Source: Pseudomonadota bacterium
GTDB taxonomy: Bacteria; Pseudomonadota; Gammaproteobacteria; Burkholderiales; Rhodocyclaceae
Direction: 5' to 3'
Length of the DNA stretch: 64,000 nucleotides
NCBI GenBank assembly: GCA_018240785.1
Contig: JAFEFC010000029.1
Span: 3,865 to 67,864 of the forward strand
The translations under genes were made by a program, and so were the position numbers. Of this stretch, positions 9,389 to 21,984 are shown piece by piece. Every line of letters begins with the position of its first letter. Position 1 is the first letter of the stretch. Below the pieces are notes generated by a model. That model ran no database searches. It was not told where the DNA came from and worked only from the letters and a program-made list of their open reading frames with translations.

Positions 9389-9850
9389 TCATGAGCGCGG
9401 CAGCGGCAGCTTGCGCTCGTCCTTCACCACTTCCATGACCACGTAGGTGTGCGTCTGGCGCACGCAGGGCAGCGCCGAGATGCGGTCGCCCATCACCCGC
9501 CGATACTCGGCGATGTCGCGCGTGCGGACCTTCAGCAGATAGTCGAAATCCCCCGCGATCATCAGGCAGGACTCCACCTCCGGGATGCGCCTGACAGCGT
9601 CGTTGAAGCGGCTCAGATCCTGCGCCGACGTGCTCGACAGCAACACCTGCACCACCACCAGGTGGTCGACGCCCACTGCCTTCGGGTCGAGGTCGGCGTG
9701 GTAGCCGCGGATCACGCCGTCCTTCTCCAGCCGCCGCATGCGCTCGCCGCAGGGTGTCTTGGTGAGGCCGACGCGCTGCGAAAGATCGACCACCGACAGT
9801 CGTGCGTCGTCCTGAAGCTCGCCCAGAATTTTCAGATCGATCCGGTCCAT
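9389..9850 (-). CDS. Lrp/AsnC family transcriptional regulator (PutR-like, divergent from putA)
   Basis: 153 aa. MDRIDLKILGELQDDARLSVVDLSQRVGLTKTPCGERMRRLEKDGVIRGY is an HTH_AsnC domain, followed by an AsnC_trans_reg C-terminal half. It corresponds to the C-terminal part of a 966-aa ORF-track artefact. Confidence 0.9.
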   Translation of the reverse strand: MDRIDLKILGELQDDARLSVVDLSQRVGLTKTPCGERMRRLEKDGVIRGYHADLDPKAVGVDHLVVVQVLLSSTSAQDLSRFNDAVRRIPEVESCLMIAGDFDYLLKVRTRDIAEYRRVMGDRISALPCVRQTHTYVVMEVVKDERKLPLPRS

Positions 9851-10045
9851 TGCACTGCAACAGGCTTTCCGCCTGCGCCTCGACGTAATTTCAGGAATTA
9901 TGTCTGTATAAATCGTAATCTTGGCGCCATTAACTGCACTTGTTGGAGAAAAATTCCGCTCCGGGATCCAGCAGATCGCGACCCTGCAGCCCACCCTTCC
10001 GAACCCTGTCGTGCCCGTGTCGAGGGCAAGCAACGGAGCCGCACC

Positions 10046-13000
10046 ATGAACACCCGCCTTTCCGCCGCCGCCCTGCCCGACAGCCCGCGCAGCCCGCTGC
10101 GCCAGCGCATCGATGCCGCCTGGCGCACGCCAGAAGCGGAATGCGTGCCGCACCTGGTGGAGGCGGCGCGGCTGGACGAGCGGCTGCAGGCGAAGGCGCG
10201 CGACATGGCGCGCAAGCTGGTCGTTGGCCTGCGCACCACGCGTGCCCGCTCGAGCGGCGTCGACGCGCTGATGAAGGAATTCTCGCTGTCGAGCCAGGAG
10301 GGCGTGGCGCTGATGTGCCTGGCCGAGGCGCTGCTGCGCGTGCCCGACAAGGCGACCGCCGACCGCCTGATCCGCGACAAGCTGGCCGACGGCAACTGGC
10401 GCTCGCACATCGGCAACAGCCCTTCGCTGTTCGTCAATGCGGCGACCTGGGGCCTGCTGATCACCGGCCGGCTGGTGTCGACCAGCAGCGAGGAGGGCCT
10501 GGGGGCGGCGCTGACCCGCCTCGTGGCGCGCGGCGGCGAGCCGCTGATCCGCAAGGGCATGGACCTGGCGATGCGCATGCTGGGCGAGCAGTTCGTCACC
10601 GGCCGCACGATAGACGAGGCGCTGGAGCGCGGCCGCACGCACGAGCAGCAGGGCTACCGCTACTCCTTCGACATGCTGGGCGAGGCGGCGATGACCGCGG
10701 CCGATGCCGAGCGCTACTTCCGCGACTACGAGACCGCGATCCACGCCATCGGCAAGGCGTCCGCCGGCCGCGGCGTGGTCGACGGCAACGGCATCTCGGT
10801 GAAGCTCTCCGCCCTGCATCCGCGCTACACCTGGGCGCAGCGCGAGCGCGTGGTCGCCGAGCTGCTGCCCAGGCTGCAGGCGCTGTGCGTGCAGGCGAAG
10901 GGCTACGACATCGGGCTCAACATCGACGCCGAGGAGGCCGACCGCCTCGACCTCTCGCTCGACCTGCTGGAGGCCCTGGCGCACGATCCGGCCCTCGGCG
11001 AGTGGACGGGCCTCGGCTTCGTGGTGCAGGCCTACCAGAAGCGCGCACCTTGCGTGCTCGACTTCATCATCGACCTGGCGCGGCGCAGCGGCCGGCGCAT
11101 GATGATCCGGCTGGTGAAGGGCGCCTACTGGGACGCCGAGATCAAGCGCGCCCAGCTCGACGGCCTGGCGGGCTACCCGGTCTATACACGCAAGGTGTAC
11201 ACCGATGTGTCCTACCTGGCCTGCGCGAAGAAGCTGCTCGCCGCGCGCGACCTGATCTATCCGCAGTTCGCCACTCACAACGCACACACGCTGGCCGCCA
11301 TCTACCAGCTCGCCGCCGCAGGCACGCCCGACGGCGGCTGGCGCGCCGGCGACTACGAATTCCAGTGCCTGCACGGCATGGGCGAGCCGCTGTACGACCA
11401 GATCGTCGGCACGCCCGAGACGAAACGCCTGGTGCGCATCTATGCGCCGGTGGGCAGCCACGAGACGCTGCTCGCCTACCTGGTGCGCCGCCTGCTGGAG
11501 AACGGCGCCAACACGAGCTTCGTGAACCGCATCGTGGACGAGAACGTGCCGGTGGAGGAGCTGATCGCCGATCCGGTGGAACAGGCGGCGGCGCTGGCGG
11601 GCGCGCCGCATCCCCGGATCCCGCTGCCGACCGGCATCCTCGGCGCACGCCGGAACTCCGCCGGCCACGACCTCGCCAGCGAGCCGGTGCGCGCGCGCAT
11701 CGCCGCCGCGCTGGACGCCAGCCGCGCCACTGCATTCGCCGCCGCACCGATGCTGGCGACGGCTGCCGTGTCCGGCGGCGATATGCAGCCGGTGACCAAC
11801 CCCGCCGATCGCCGCGAGGTGGTCGGCAGCGTCAGCGAGGCCGACACCGCCGCGGTGGACGCCGCCTGCGCAGCGGCCACCACCGCAGCCCGCGGCTGGG
11901 CGATGCGCCCGGCCACCCAGCGCGCCGAGATGCTCGAGCGCGCCGCCGATCTGTTCGAAGGCGACGCCGACACGCTGCTGGCGCTGGCGGTGCGCGAAGC
12001 CGGCAAGTCGTGGTCCAACGCGGTCGCCGAGCTGCGCGAGGCGGTGGACTTCCTGCGCTACTACGCGGCGCAGGTGCGCGACTTCGATCCCGCCACGCAT
12101 CCTGCGCTGGGCCCGGTGCTGTGCATCAGCCCGTGGAACTTCCCGCTGGCGATCTTCACCGGCCAGGTCGCGGCGGCACTCGCCGCCGGCAACCCGGTGC
12201 TGGCCAAGCCCGCCGAGCAGACGCCGCTGATCGCCGCGCGCGCGGTGGCGCTGCTGCACCAGGCCGGGGTTCCCGGTGACGTGCTGCAACTGCTGCCCGG
12301 CCGCGGCGAGACGGTGGGCGCTGCGCTGGTGGCCGATGCGCGCGTGCGCGGCGTGATGTTCACCGGCTCCACCGAGGTCGCCGGCCTCATCAACCGCACG
12401 CTGGCACGGCGCGGCGGCAACATCCCGCTGATCGCAGAGACCGGCGGCCAGAACGCGATGATCGTCGACTCCACCGCCCTGCCCGAGCAGGTGGTGGCCG
12501 ACGTCGTCGCCTCCGCCTTCGATTCCGCCGGCCAGCGCTGCTCGGCGCTACGCGTGCTGTGCCTGCAGCAGGACATCGCCGAGCACACGCTGGCGATGCT
12601 GCGCGGCGCGCTCGACGAGCTGCGCGTGGGCAACCCGGCCGACGTGCGCATCGACATCGGCCCGGTGATCGACGCCGACGCGCAGCGCAGCCTCGAGGCC
12701 CACGTCGCCACGATGCAGGCGAAGGGCGCGCGCGTCACCCGCCTGCCGCTGCCCGCGGCCTGCGCGGCGGGCACCTACGTCGCACCGACCATCATCGAGA
12801 TCGGCAGCATGGCCGAACTCGGCCGCGAGCAGTTCGGCCCCATCCTGCACGTGCTGCGCTTTGCCGCCGGCGAGCTGCCCGCGCTGGTCGACACCCTCAA
12901 CGCCAGCGGCTACGGCCTGACGATGGGCGTGCATACCCGCATCGACGAGACCGTGGAGCAGATCCGCAGCCAGGCCCACGTCGGCAACCTGTACGTGAAT

Positions 13001-13732
13001 CGCAACATCATCGGCGCGGTGGTGGGCGTGCAGCCCTTTGGCGGCGAAGGCCTGTCGGGCACCGGGCCCAAGGCCGGCGGCCCGCTCTACCTGCACCGGC
13101 TGGTGCAGCGCAGCCCGGGCGCACAACTGCAGGACGGCGCGCTGCGCGTGGAGCGTGACACCGAGCTGCCGCTGTTCGAGACGCTGGTGCAATGGCTGGA
13201 CACCCACGGCCGGGCCCTGCTCGAAGGCGACGAGATCGCCGTGCTGCGCGACCGCGCCGACGCCTGCCGCGCGCGGCGGCTGGCCGGCCTGCGCCTGGCG
13301 CTGCCCGGCCCCACCGGCGAGGACAACAGCCTGCGTTTCGTGCCGCGCGGCCGGGTCGCCGGCGTGGCGGCGACGGCCGCAGGCTGCGTGCATCAATTGC
13401 TGGCCGCGCTCGCCAGCGGCAACCGCATCGTGTTCGATGACGGCCCGCTCGCGCGCCGCGTGCAGTCGTCGCTGCCCGAGGCCATCCGCAGCCGCATCGA
13501 GCTGAGCGCAAGCGGGTTCGACACCGCCGATCTGGGCGCGCTGCTGTTCGACGGCGGCGACGCCGATGCCGACGCCTGGCAGGTGCGCCTGGCGGCCCGC
13601 TCCGGCCCCATCCTGCCGCTGCTGCGGCCGACGCCGGACTACGATCACGGCCGCCTGGTGCACGAGCGCAGCGTCAGCGTCAACACCGCCGCCGCCGGCG
13701 GCAACGCGAGCCTGATGGCGATGGGAAGCTGA
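10046..13732 (+). CDS. putA: bifunctional proline dehydrogenase / L-glutamate gamma-semialdehyde dehydrogenase
   Basis: 1,228 aa starting at MNTRLSAAAL. PRODH region (YRYSFDMLGEAA, RLVKGAYWD). ALDH region (FTGSTEVA, ETGGQNAMIVD, catalytic SAGQRCSALR). Confidence 0.95.
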   Translation: MNTRLSAAALPDSPRSPLRQRIDAAWRTPEAECVPHLVEAARLDERLQAKARDMARKLVVGLRTTRARSSGVDALMKEFSLSSQEGVALMCLAEALLRVPDKATADRLIRDKLADGNWRSHIGNSPSLFVNAATWGLLITGRLVSTSSEEGLGAALTRLVARGGEPLIRKGMDLAMRMLGEQFVTGRTIDEALERGRTHEQQGYRYSFDMLGEAAMTAADAERYFRDYETAIHAIGKASAGRGVVDGNGISVKLSALHPRYTWAQRERVVAELLPRLQALCVQAKGYDIGLNIDAEEADRLDLSLDLLEALAHDPALGEWTGLGFVVQAYQKRAPCVLDFIIDLARRSGRRMMIRLVKGAYWDAEIKRAQLDGLAGYPVYTRKVYTDVSYLACAKKLLAARDLIYPQFATHNAHTLAAIYQLAAAGTPDGGWRAGDYEFQCLHGMGEPLYDQIVGTPETKRLVRIYAPVGSHETLLAYLVRRLLENGANTSFVNRIVDENVPVEELIADPVEQAAALAGAPHPRIPLPTGILGARRNSAGHDLASEPVRARIAAALDASRATAFAAAPMLATAAVSGGDMQPVTNPADRREVVGSVSEADTAAVDAACAAATTAARGWAMRPATQRAEMLERAADLFEGDADTLLALAVREAGKSWSNAVAELREAVDFLRYYAAQVRDFDPATHPALGPVLCISPWNFPLAIFTGQVAAALAAGNPVLAKPAEQTPLIAARAVALLHQAGVPGDVLQLLPGRGETVGAALVADARVRGVMFTGSTEVAGLINRTLARRGGNIPLIAETGGQNAMIVDSTALPEQVVADVVASAFDSAGQRCSALRVLCLQQDIAEHTLAMLRGALDELRVGNPADVRIDIGPVIDADAQRSLEAHVATMQAKGARVTRLPLPAACAAGTYVAPTIIEIGSMAELGREQFGPILHVLRFAAGELPALVDTLNASGYGLTMGVHTRIDETVEQIRSQAHVGNLYVNRNIIGAVVGVQPFGGEGLSGTGPKAGGPLYLHRLVQRSPGAQLQDGALRVERDTELPLFETLVQWLDTHGRALLEGDEIAVLRDRADACRARRLAGLRLALPGPTGEDNSLRFVPRGRVAGVAATAAGCVHQLLAALASGNRIVFDDGPLARRVQSSLPEAIRSRIELSASGFDTADLGALLFDGGDADADAWQVRLAARSGPILPLLRPTPDYDHGRLVHERSVSVNTAAAGGNASLMAMGS

Positions 13733-13838
13733 GGCCGCATGGGGCCGTTAGTTGCGCCCGGTTTGACCTGACTCATCGCGCCGTGCGCTTTTTCGCTTAC
13801 CTTACGCGGACGGGTACGCCCGCCTGCGATGAATCACC

Positions 13839-13871
13839 CTGCAACACCCCTGCCACACCCCTGCAACACCC
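13839..13871. repeat. three tandem 11-bp repeats (CTGCAACACCC / CTGCCACACCC / CTGCAACACCC) upstream of the liv-type operon
   Basis: Read directly from the sequence. The repeats end 27 nt before ATG 13899. Confidence 0.8.
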
Positions 13872-13898
13872 GATAACGACTCGATTGAGGAGACCCGA

Positions 13899-14993
13899 AT
13901 GAAGAAGACCCTGCTTGCCACCGCCTGCCTCGCCCTCGGCACCCTCTCGAGCGCGGCGTGGGCCGATCTCGTCGTCGCGATCGCCGGCCCGATGACCGGT
14001 CAGTACGCCTCCGCCGGCGACCAGATCCGCAAGGGCGCGGAAATGGCCGTCGCCGACATCAATGCGCGCGGCGGCGTGCTCGGCCAGAAGCTGAAGCTGG
14101 AAGTGGGCGACGATGCCTGCGATCCGAAGCAGGCGGTGTCGGTCGCCAACACCATGGTCAACAAGGGCATCGTCTTCATGCACGGCCACTGGTGCTCGAG
14201 CTCGACCATCCCGGCGTCGGACGTCTATGCCGAAGCCGACATTCCGATGGCCACCGTGTCGACCAACCCGCAGGTGACCGAGCGCGGCCTGAAGAACATC
14301 TTCCGCATCATGGGCCGCGACGACCAGCAGGGCAGCGTCGCCGGCAATTACATCGCCGAGCACTTCAAGGGCAAGAAGGTCGCGGTGGTCGACGACAAGA
14401 GCGCCTACGGCAAGGGCCTGGCCGACGAGATCGCCAAGGCGATGACGGCCAAGGGCGCCAAGCCCGTGCTGCGTGAATCCATCACCGCCGGCGAGAAGGA
14501 CTACTCGGGCATCGTCACCAAGCTCAAGCAGGCCGGCGTCGAGGTGATGGCCTATGGCGGCTACCACACCGAAGTCGCGCTGATCCTGCGCCAGGCGCAG
14601 CAGGCCGGCCTCAAGCTCACCGTGATGGGCGGCGACACCATGACCAACTCCGAGCTCGTCACCGCCGCCGGCCCGGCCGCCGACAACGTGATGTTCACGT
14701 TCTCGCCCGACCCGCGCAAGAACCCCGACGCCGCACCGGTGGTCGAGAAGTTCCGCGCCGCGAAGGTCGAGCCGGAAGGCTACGTGCTGTACGCCTACGC
14801 CGCGATGCAGTTGTTCGACCAGGCCGCGACCCAGGCCAAGAGCGCCAAGTACAAGGATCTGGAGAAGACGCTGCGCGGCGGCAACTTCAAGACCGTGATC
14901 GGCACGCTGTCCTTCGACGCCAAGGGCGACCAGAAGGCGCCGGGCTTCGTCGTCTATCGCTGGCAGGGCGGCAAGTACGACTACGCGAAGTAA
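13899..14993 (+). CDS. branched-chain amino acid ABC transporter substrate-binding protein (LivK/BraC-like)
   Basis: Signal peptide MKKTLLATACLALGTLSSAAWA, then VVAIAGPMTGQYASAGDQIRKGAEMAVADINARGGVLG, typical of the Peripla_BP_6 family. Confidence 0.9.
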   Translation: MKKTLLATACLALGTLSSAAWADLVVAIAGPMTGQYASAGDQIRKGAEMAVADINARGGVLGQKLKLEVGDDACDPKQAVSVANTMVNKGIVFMHGHWCSSSTIPASDVYAEADIPMATVSTNPQVTERGLKNIFRIMGRDDQQGSVAGNYIAEHFKGKKVAVVDDKSAYGKGLADEIAKAMTAKGAKPVLRESITAGEKDYSGIVTKLKQAGVEVMAYGGYHTEVALILRQAQQAGLKLTVMGGDTMTNSELVTAAGPAADNVMFTFSPDPRKNPDAAPVVEKFRAAKVEPEGYVLYAYAAMQLFDQAATQAKSAKYKDLEKTLRGGNFKTVIGTLSFDAKGDQKAPGFVVYRWQGGKYDYAK

Positions 14994-15049
14994 GGGGACA
15001 CGACGCACTCCGCACGGGCGCACCAACATGCCGAGGTGACGCGTCGACT

Positions 15050-15146
15050 CCCTCCCCTTCAAGGGGAGGGCTGGGGTGGGGATGGGGTCGCAAGGGCGCC
15101 TGAAAACCCCATCCCCCTCCTAACCTCCCCCTTGAAGGGGGGAGGA
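15050..15146. repeat. REP-like intergenic imperfect inverted repeat (GEGWGGDG-type element)
   Basis: The left arm is CCTCCCCTTCAAGGGGAGGGCTGGGGTGGGGATGGGG. The right arm is CCCCATCCCCCTCCTAACCTCCCCCTTGAAGGGGGGAGG. Each arm also carries its own CCCCTTCAAGGGG mini-hairpin. The element lies between the binding-protein gene and livH. Confidence 0.75.
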
Positions 15147-15175
15147 ACAGCCCCTACACCACCACGGGAGACATC

Positions 15176-17402
<2,227 letters not shown>

Positions 17403-17406
<4 letters not shown>

Positions 17407-18238
17407 GCAAGAACGCGAGCGGCACCCTGCTGTCGGTGCGCAACCTGACGATGCGCTTCGGTGGCCTCACCGCGATCGACGACCTGTCGCTGGAAGTGCC
17501 GGCAGGCAAGATCACCGGCATCATCGGCCCCAATGGCGCGGGCAAGACGACGCTGTTCAACTGCCTCACCGGTTTCTACAAGCCGACCACCGGCACCTTG
17601 CGCCTGGCCCACCCGACGCGCGGCGAAATCCGCCTGGAGGCGCTGGCCAGCCATCTCGTCGCGCGCGACGCGCAGGTGGTGCGCACCTTCCAGAACATCC
17701 GCCTGTTCCCGAAGATGACGGTGCTGGAGAACCTGATCGTCGCCCAGCACAACGTGCTGCAGCGCGCGTCGAAGTTCTCCATCGCCGGCATCTTCAAGCT
17801 GCCCGGCTACCGCGAGGCCGAGAGGCAGGCGATCGAGCGCGCGGCGATGTGGCTGGAGCGGCTCAAGCTCACCCACCTCGCCGACCACGCCGCCGGCGAC
17901 CTGCCCTACGGCATCCAGCGCCGCATCGAGATCGCGCGCGCGCTGTGCGTCGATCCAGTGCTGCTGTGCCTGGACGAGCCGGCCGCCGGCCTCAACCCGC
18001 GCGAATCGGCCGAGCTCAACGAGCTGCTGCTCTACCTGTGCGGCGAGCTGGGCATCGCCATCCTGCTCATCGAGCACGACATGAGCGTGGTGATGAACGT
18101 GTCCGACCACATCGGCGTGATCAGCTACGGCCGCAAGATCGCCGAAGGCACGCCGGAGCAGGTCAAGCACGATCCGCAGGTGATCAAGGCCTATCTGGGC
18201 GAGGACGAGGAAGAAGAAGTGGCGGGAGGGGCCGCGGC

Positions 18239-18242
<4 letters not shown>
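17403..18242 (+). CDS. livG: branched-chain amino acid ABC transporter ATP-binding protein
   Basis: The ATG at 17403 overlaps the livM stop (ATGA). Walker A GPNGAGKTT; signature LPYGIQRRIEIARAL; Walker B LLCLDEPAAG. Confidence 0.9.
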
Positions 18243-18955
<713 letters not shown>

Positions 18956-18996
18956 TCGGCGATAATCAGCAACCGTCAAAGCTGCACCGGCGCAAG

Positions 18997-19183
18997 GCCG
19001 GGCGGCGGGGCGGGTGACGCCAACTTCATGAGCGCCGAGGCGAAAGGCGGCGCGGGGGAAACAAGGCGACGCATGTCCGAGGCGCGCAGCGCCGAGTTTG
19101 CGTCGCCGCCCCCGCGCCGTCTTTCGCCGAGGGCAGCCGCAGGCCGCGAATGCAGGCGGCGCCACCCGCCCCGCCGCCCGGCC
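18997..19183. repeat. 187-bp compound imperfect palindrome (two nested stems)
   Basis: The outer arms GGCCGGGCGGCGGGGCGGGTG (18997-19017) and CACCCGCCCCGCCGCCCGGCC (19163-19183) are perfect 21-bp reverse complements. The inner arms (about 19034-19073 and 19099-19134) are complementary with indels, for example GAGGCGAAAGGCGGCGCGGGGG versus CCCCCGCGCCGTCTTTCGCCGAGG. Confidence 0.8.
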
Positions 19184-19280
19184 GGATCGAAGCCGCGCAA
19201 GAGCCCGAACACGCATCACAGCCACCCGTAGCCCCCCAAGCCCATCTGGCGCGCTTCGCCCACCACGCTCCCTTCTGCCG

Positions 19281-20183
19281 ATGTCCCAGTCCCCCCAACC
19301 CACCCGCTGGCTCCCCTTCGTCGTCCTCGGCATCGGCCTCGTCGCGATCTCCCTGAGCGCCATCTTCGCCCGCCTCGCCCAGGCCGAGGGCGTGAGCTCG
19401 CTCGCGGTGGCCACCTGGCGCCTCGGCCTGGCGGCGCTGATCGTCACCCCGCTGGCGCTGCTGCAGGCGCGCCAGGAACTCGCCCGCCTTACCCGCAGGC
19501 AGCTCGGCATGGCGCTCGCCGCCGGCTTCTTCCTCGCGCTGCACTTCGCCACCTGGATCAGCTCGCTCGAGTACACCTCGGTCGCCTCCAGCACCGCGCT
19601 CGTCACCACCAACCCGCTGTGGATCGGCCTGGCCTCCTTCCTGATCTTCCGCGAGACGCCGACGAGGATGATGCTCGGCGGCATCGCGCTGTCCTGCGCC
19701 GGCAGCCTGTTCATCTTCTGGAGCGACAGCCAGACCGCCGGCGCCGGCAGCGATCCGATGCTGGGCAACCTGCTCGCGCTCGTCGGCAGCTGGTGCTTCT
19801 CCGCCTACCTGCTGATCGGCCGCCGGCTGCGCGCCGGCCTCGGGCTGCCGGCCTACGTCTGGCTGGCCTACGGCGCGGCGGCGCTGTTCCTGTTCGCGGC
19901 CAGCGGCGTGGGCGGCGTGGCGCTGTTCTCGCTGTCGAACGCGGCCTGGCTGGTGCTGCTGGCGATGGCGCTCGGCCCCCAGCTGCTTGGCCACACCGCC
20001 TACAACTGGTCGTTGCGCTACGTGTCGGCCACCCTGGTCGCGGTGATCACGCTGGGCGAGCCAGTGGGCAGCGCCCTGCTCGCCTTCATCATCTTCGGCG
20101 AGGGCTTCGCGCCGCTGCAGTTCGTCGGCTTCAGCCTGCTGCTGGCGGGCATCTACCTGGCAGCGAAAGGGGAAAAAGGCTGA
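19281..20183 (+). CDS. EamA/DMT family transporter
   Basis: 300 aa starting at MSQSPQPTRW. About 10 hydrophobic helices and a duplicated EamA-like organisation. The ORF-track N-terminal 61 aa fall within the palindrome and are Arg/Pro-rich. Confidence 0.75.
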   Translation: MSQSPQPTRWLPFVVLGIGLVAISLSAIFARLAQAEGVSSLAVATWRLGLAALIVTPLALLQARQELARLTRRQLGMALAAGFFLALHFATWISSLEYTSVASSTALVTTNPLWIGLASFLIFRETPTRMMLGGIALSCAGSLFIFWSDSQTAGAGSDPMLGNLLALVGSWCFSAYLLIGRRLRAGLGLPAYVWLAYGAAALFLFAASGVGGVALFSLSNAAWLVLLAMALGPQLLGHTAYNWSLRYVSATLVAVITLGEPVGSALLAFIIFGEGFAPLQFVGFSLLLAGIYLAAKGEKG

Positions 20184-20332
20184 GTTCCGCACGCCCCCAC
20201 CCCCGATGGGATGAAATGCGCAAGAACGCCGCCGCGCAGGAGCGGGCTCGACCGCGACCCGCAGCGGCTCACTGCGCCCAGCTGGACTGACCGCGCGGGA
20301 GTCGCCCGTCGGGATCGTTCACGGTGACCAAA

Positions 20333-21124
20333 TCAAGGGGTAGCGGCAGCCGCATCGTGCGACACCGTCGCATCGTCCATGCCCACGCGCCCGACAAAGG
20401 GCAGGCGCAGGCCGGGGTGATTGAAGTCGAGGCCGAAGCTGAGCCCCAGGATGTTGAATTCGATGCCCTCCTCCGGCCCCACGATGAGGCCGAGCATCCC
20501 GAGCAGCGTGGCCTGCACGCCGGCACCCGACGGCGACAGGCCGACGATCTCGCTCAGGGGGCGATAGTCCTTGCCGATCGCATTGGCCGGCAGGTCGAGC
20601 CGCAGCGCGGGTACCTCGCGGCCGATGTGGGCGAGGAAGGTGTTGCTGTTGGGCCCGGGGTAGGTGCGATATTCGTAGGCATAGGGATAACGCTCGATCG
20701 CGGCCTCGATGTCGTCGATCATCGCCTCGACACCGCTGCCGCGATGGTCGACCAGCAGCGACGGCATGGCGCCGAACCACAGCCCGTCGGGCACCGCGCC
20801 ATTGCGCCGCACGACCTTGCCGCCGCCCCAGCGCGTCACCTCGTAGCGGGTGTAGGCGGTTTCGCCCTGACGCTTCCAGATGATCCACGGATGCACGGCG
20901 AAATGCCCGCGCCAGCCGTAGGTCTGGGCGGCATAGACCTGCACGATGGCGGTGTCGGCGAGCACGGCCGGGTCGGGCGCGATGCCGGCCGAATGACGCG
21001 GCGCGGTGCGCCAGCCTTGCGGCTCGCCATGGCCCGCGCCGGGCGGATCCTTGGCCAGGCTGATGCCGAAGGACAGGGTCAGCAGGGCGATGAAGCCGAG
21101 CGTGAGGATTCGTGCTGTTTTCAT
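20333..21124 (-). CDS. DUF3750 domain-containing exported protein
   Basis: Signal peptide MKTARILTLGFIALLTLSFGISLA. The conserved stretch VYAAQTYGWRGHFAVHPWIIWKR..YTRYEVTRWGG matches DUF3750 as I recall it. Confidence 0.6.
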   Translation of the reverse strand: MKTARILTLGFIALLTLSFGISLAKDPPGAGHGEPQGWRTAPRHSAGIAPDPAVLADTAIVQVYAAQTYGWRGHFAVHPWIIWKRQGETAYTRYEVTRWGGGKVVRRNGAVPDGLWFGAMPSLLVDHRGSGVEAMIDDIEAAIERYPYAYEYRTYPGPNSNTFLAHIGREVPALRLDLPANAIGKDYRPLSEIVGLSPSGAGVQATLLGMLGLIVGPEEGIEFNILGLSFGLDFNHPGLRLPFVGRVGMDDATVSHDAAAATP

Positions 21125-21182
21125 GCGGACGACCCGGGAAGAGTTGAACAGCTCCGGTGAGAACCCGATCGGCGCGATCGGT

Positions 21183-21923
21183 TCATTGCCGCGGTGAGCA
21201 GGCGTCGCTCCCGGCCAGCATCTCGCGCAACACCAGCGCATCGCGCACCGCGCCGCCCGCTTCGTCGTTGTCGAAATACACGAAGGCCCGGCGCAGCGCG
21301 AGGCCCCGCAGCCACTGTGCCCACGGCGCCAGGCCGGCGGCCGCGTACTCGCCGCAGTAGGGCGCGCCGGGCCCGTGCAGACGCACGTAGGTGAAGTCCG
21401 CCGTCACGATGCGCGGACTGCGCACACCGCCGAGGTCGAACACGCAGAACGCGGCATTGTGCGCGGCCAGCAGGTCCCGCACCGGCGCGATGTGCCAGGA
21501 CGGATCGCGCAGTTCGAAGGCATACGAACGGTCGCGCGGCAGCGCGTCGAGGAAGGTTCGCAGGCGGGCGAGGTCGACATGCCAGCGCGGCGGCAACTGG
21601 AACAGGATGGGGCCGGCGCGGTCCTGCAACGCCTGCGCGGCGTCGAGCAGCGGCGGCAGGGTGTCCTCGGGCGCGGCCAGCTTCTTCATGTGGGTGACGA
21701 AGCGCCCGGCCTTCATGCTGAAGACGAAGCCGGACGGCGTCTGCTGGCGCCAGGCGGTGAAGTTGTCCGCGCTGGGCAGGCGGTAGAAGCTGCGGTTGAT
21801 CTCCACTGTCGCAAAGGTGTGCGCAAAAAAGCTCAGCCACTGCGACGGCGGCAGGCCTGCAGGATAGAAGCGGCCGCGCCAGTGCGGGTAGGCCCAGCCC
21901 GAGGTGCCGATCAGGATTTCCAT
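21183..21923 (-). CDS. DUF72 (YecE-like) domain-containing protein
   Basis: MEILIGTSGWAYPHWRGRFYP..TVEINRSFYRLPS is the hallmark DUF72 N-terminus. Start set at ATG 21923. Confidence 0.8.
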   Translation of the reverse strand: MEILIGTSGWAYPHWRGRFYPAGLPPSQWLSFFAHTFATVEINRSFYRLPSADNFTAWRQQTPSGFVFSMKAGRFVTHMKKLAAPEDTLPPLLDAAQALQDRAGPILFQLPPRWHVDLARLRTFLDALPRDRSYAFELRDPSWHIAPVRDLLAAHNAAFCVFDLGGVRSPRIVTADFTYVRLHGPGAPYCGEYAAAGLAPWAQWLRGLALRRAFVYFDNDEAGGAVRDALVLREMLAGSDACSPRQ

Positions 21924-21984
21924 GCCATTTGCCGATTCCTTCAGCGATTGCAGAGGCGTACAGGCCGCGGGCGCAGGCGCACGC

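Noticed and set aside
9851-12289. Upstream 800+ aa of the 966-aa minus-strand ORF (9389..12289), antisense to putA
   Set aside because: Only the last 153 aa (the Lrp/AsnC regulator) look like a real protein. The rest is Arg/Ala/Gly/His-rich low-complexity sequence lying exactly antisense to a well-supported putA. This is a typical high-GC shadow ORF.
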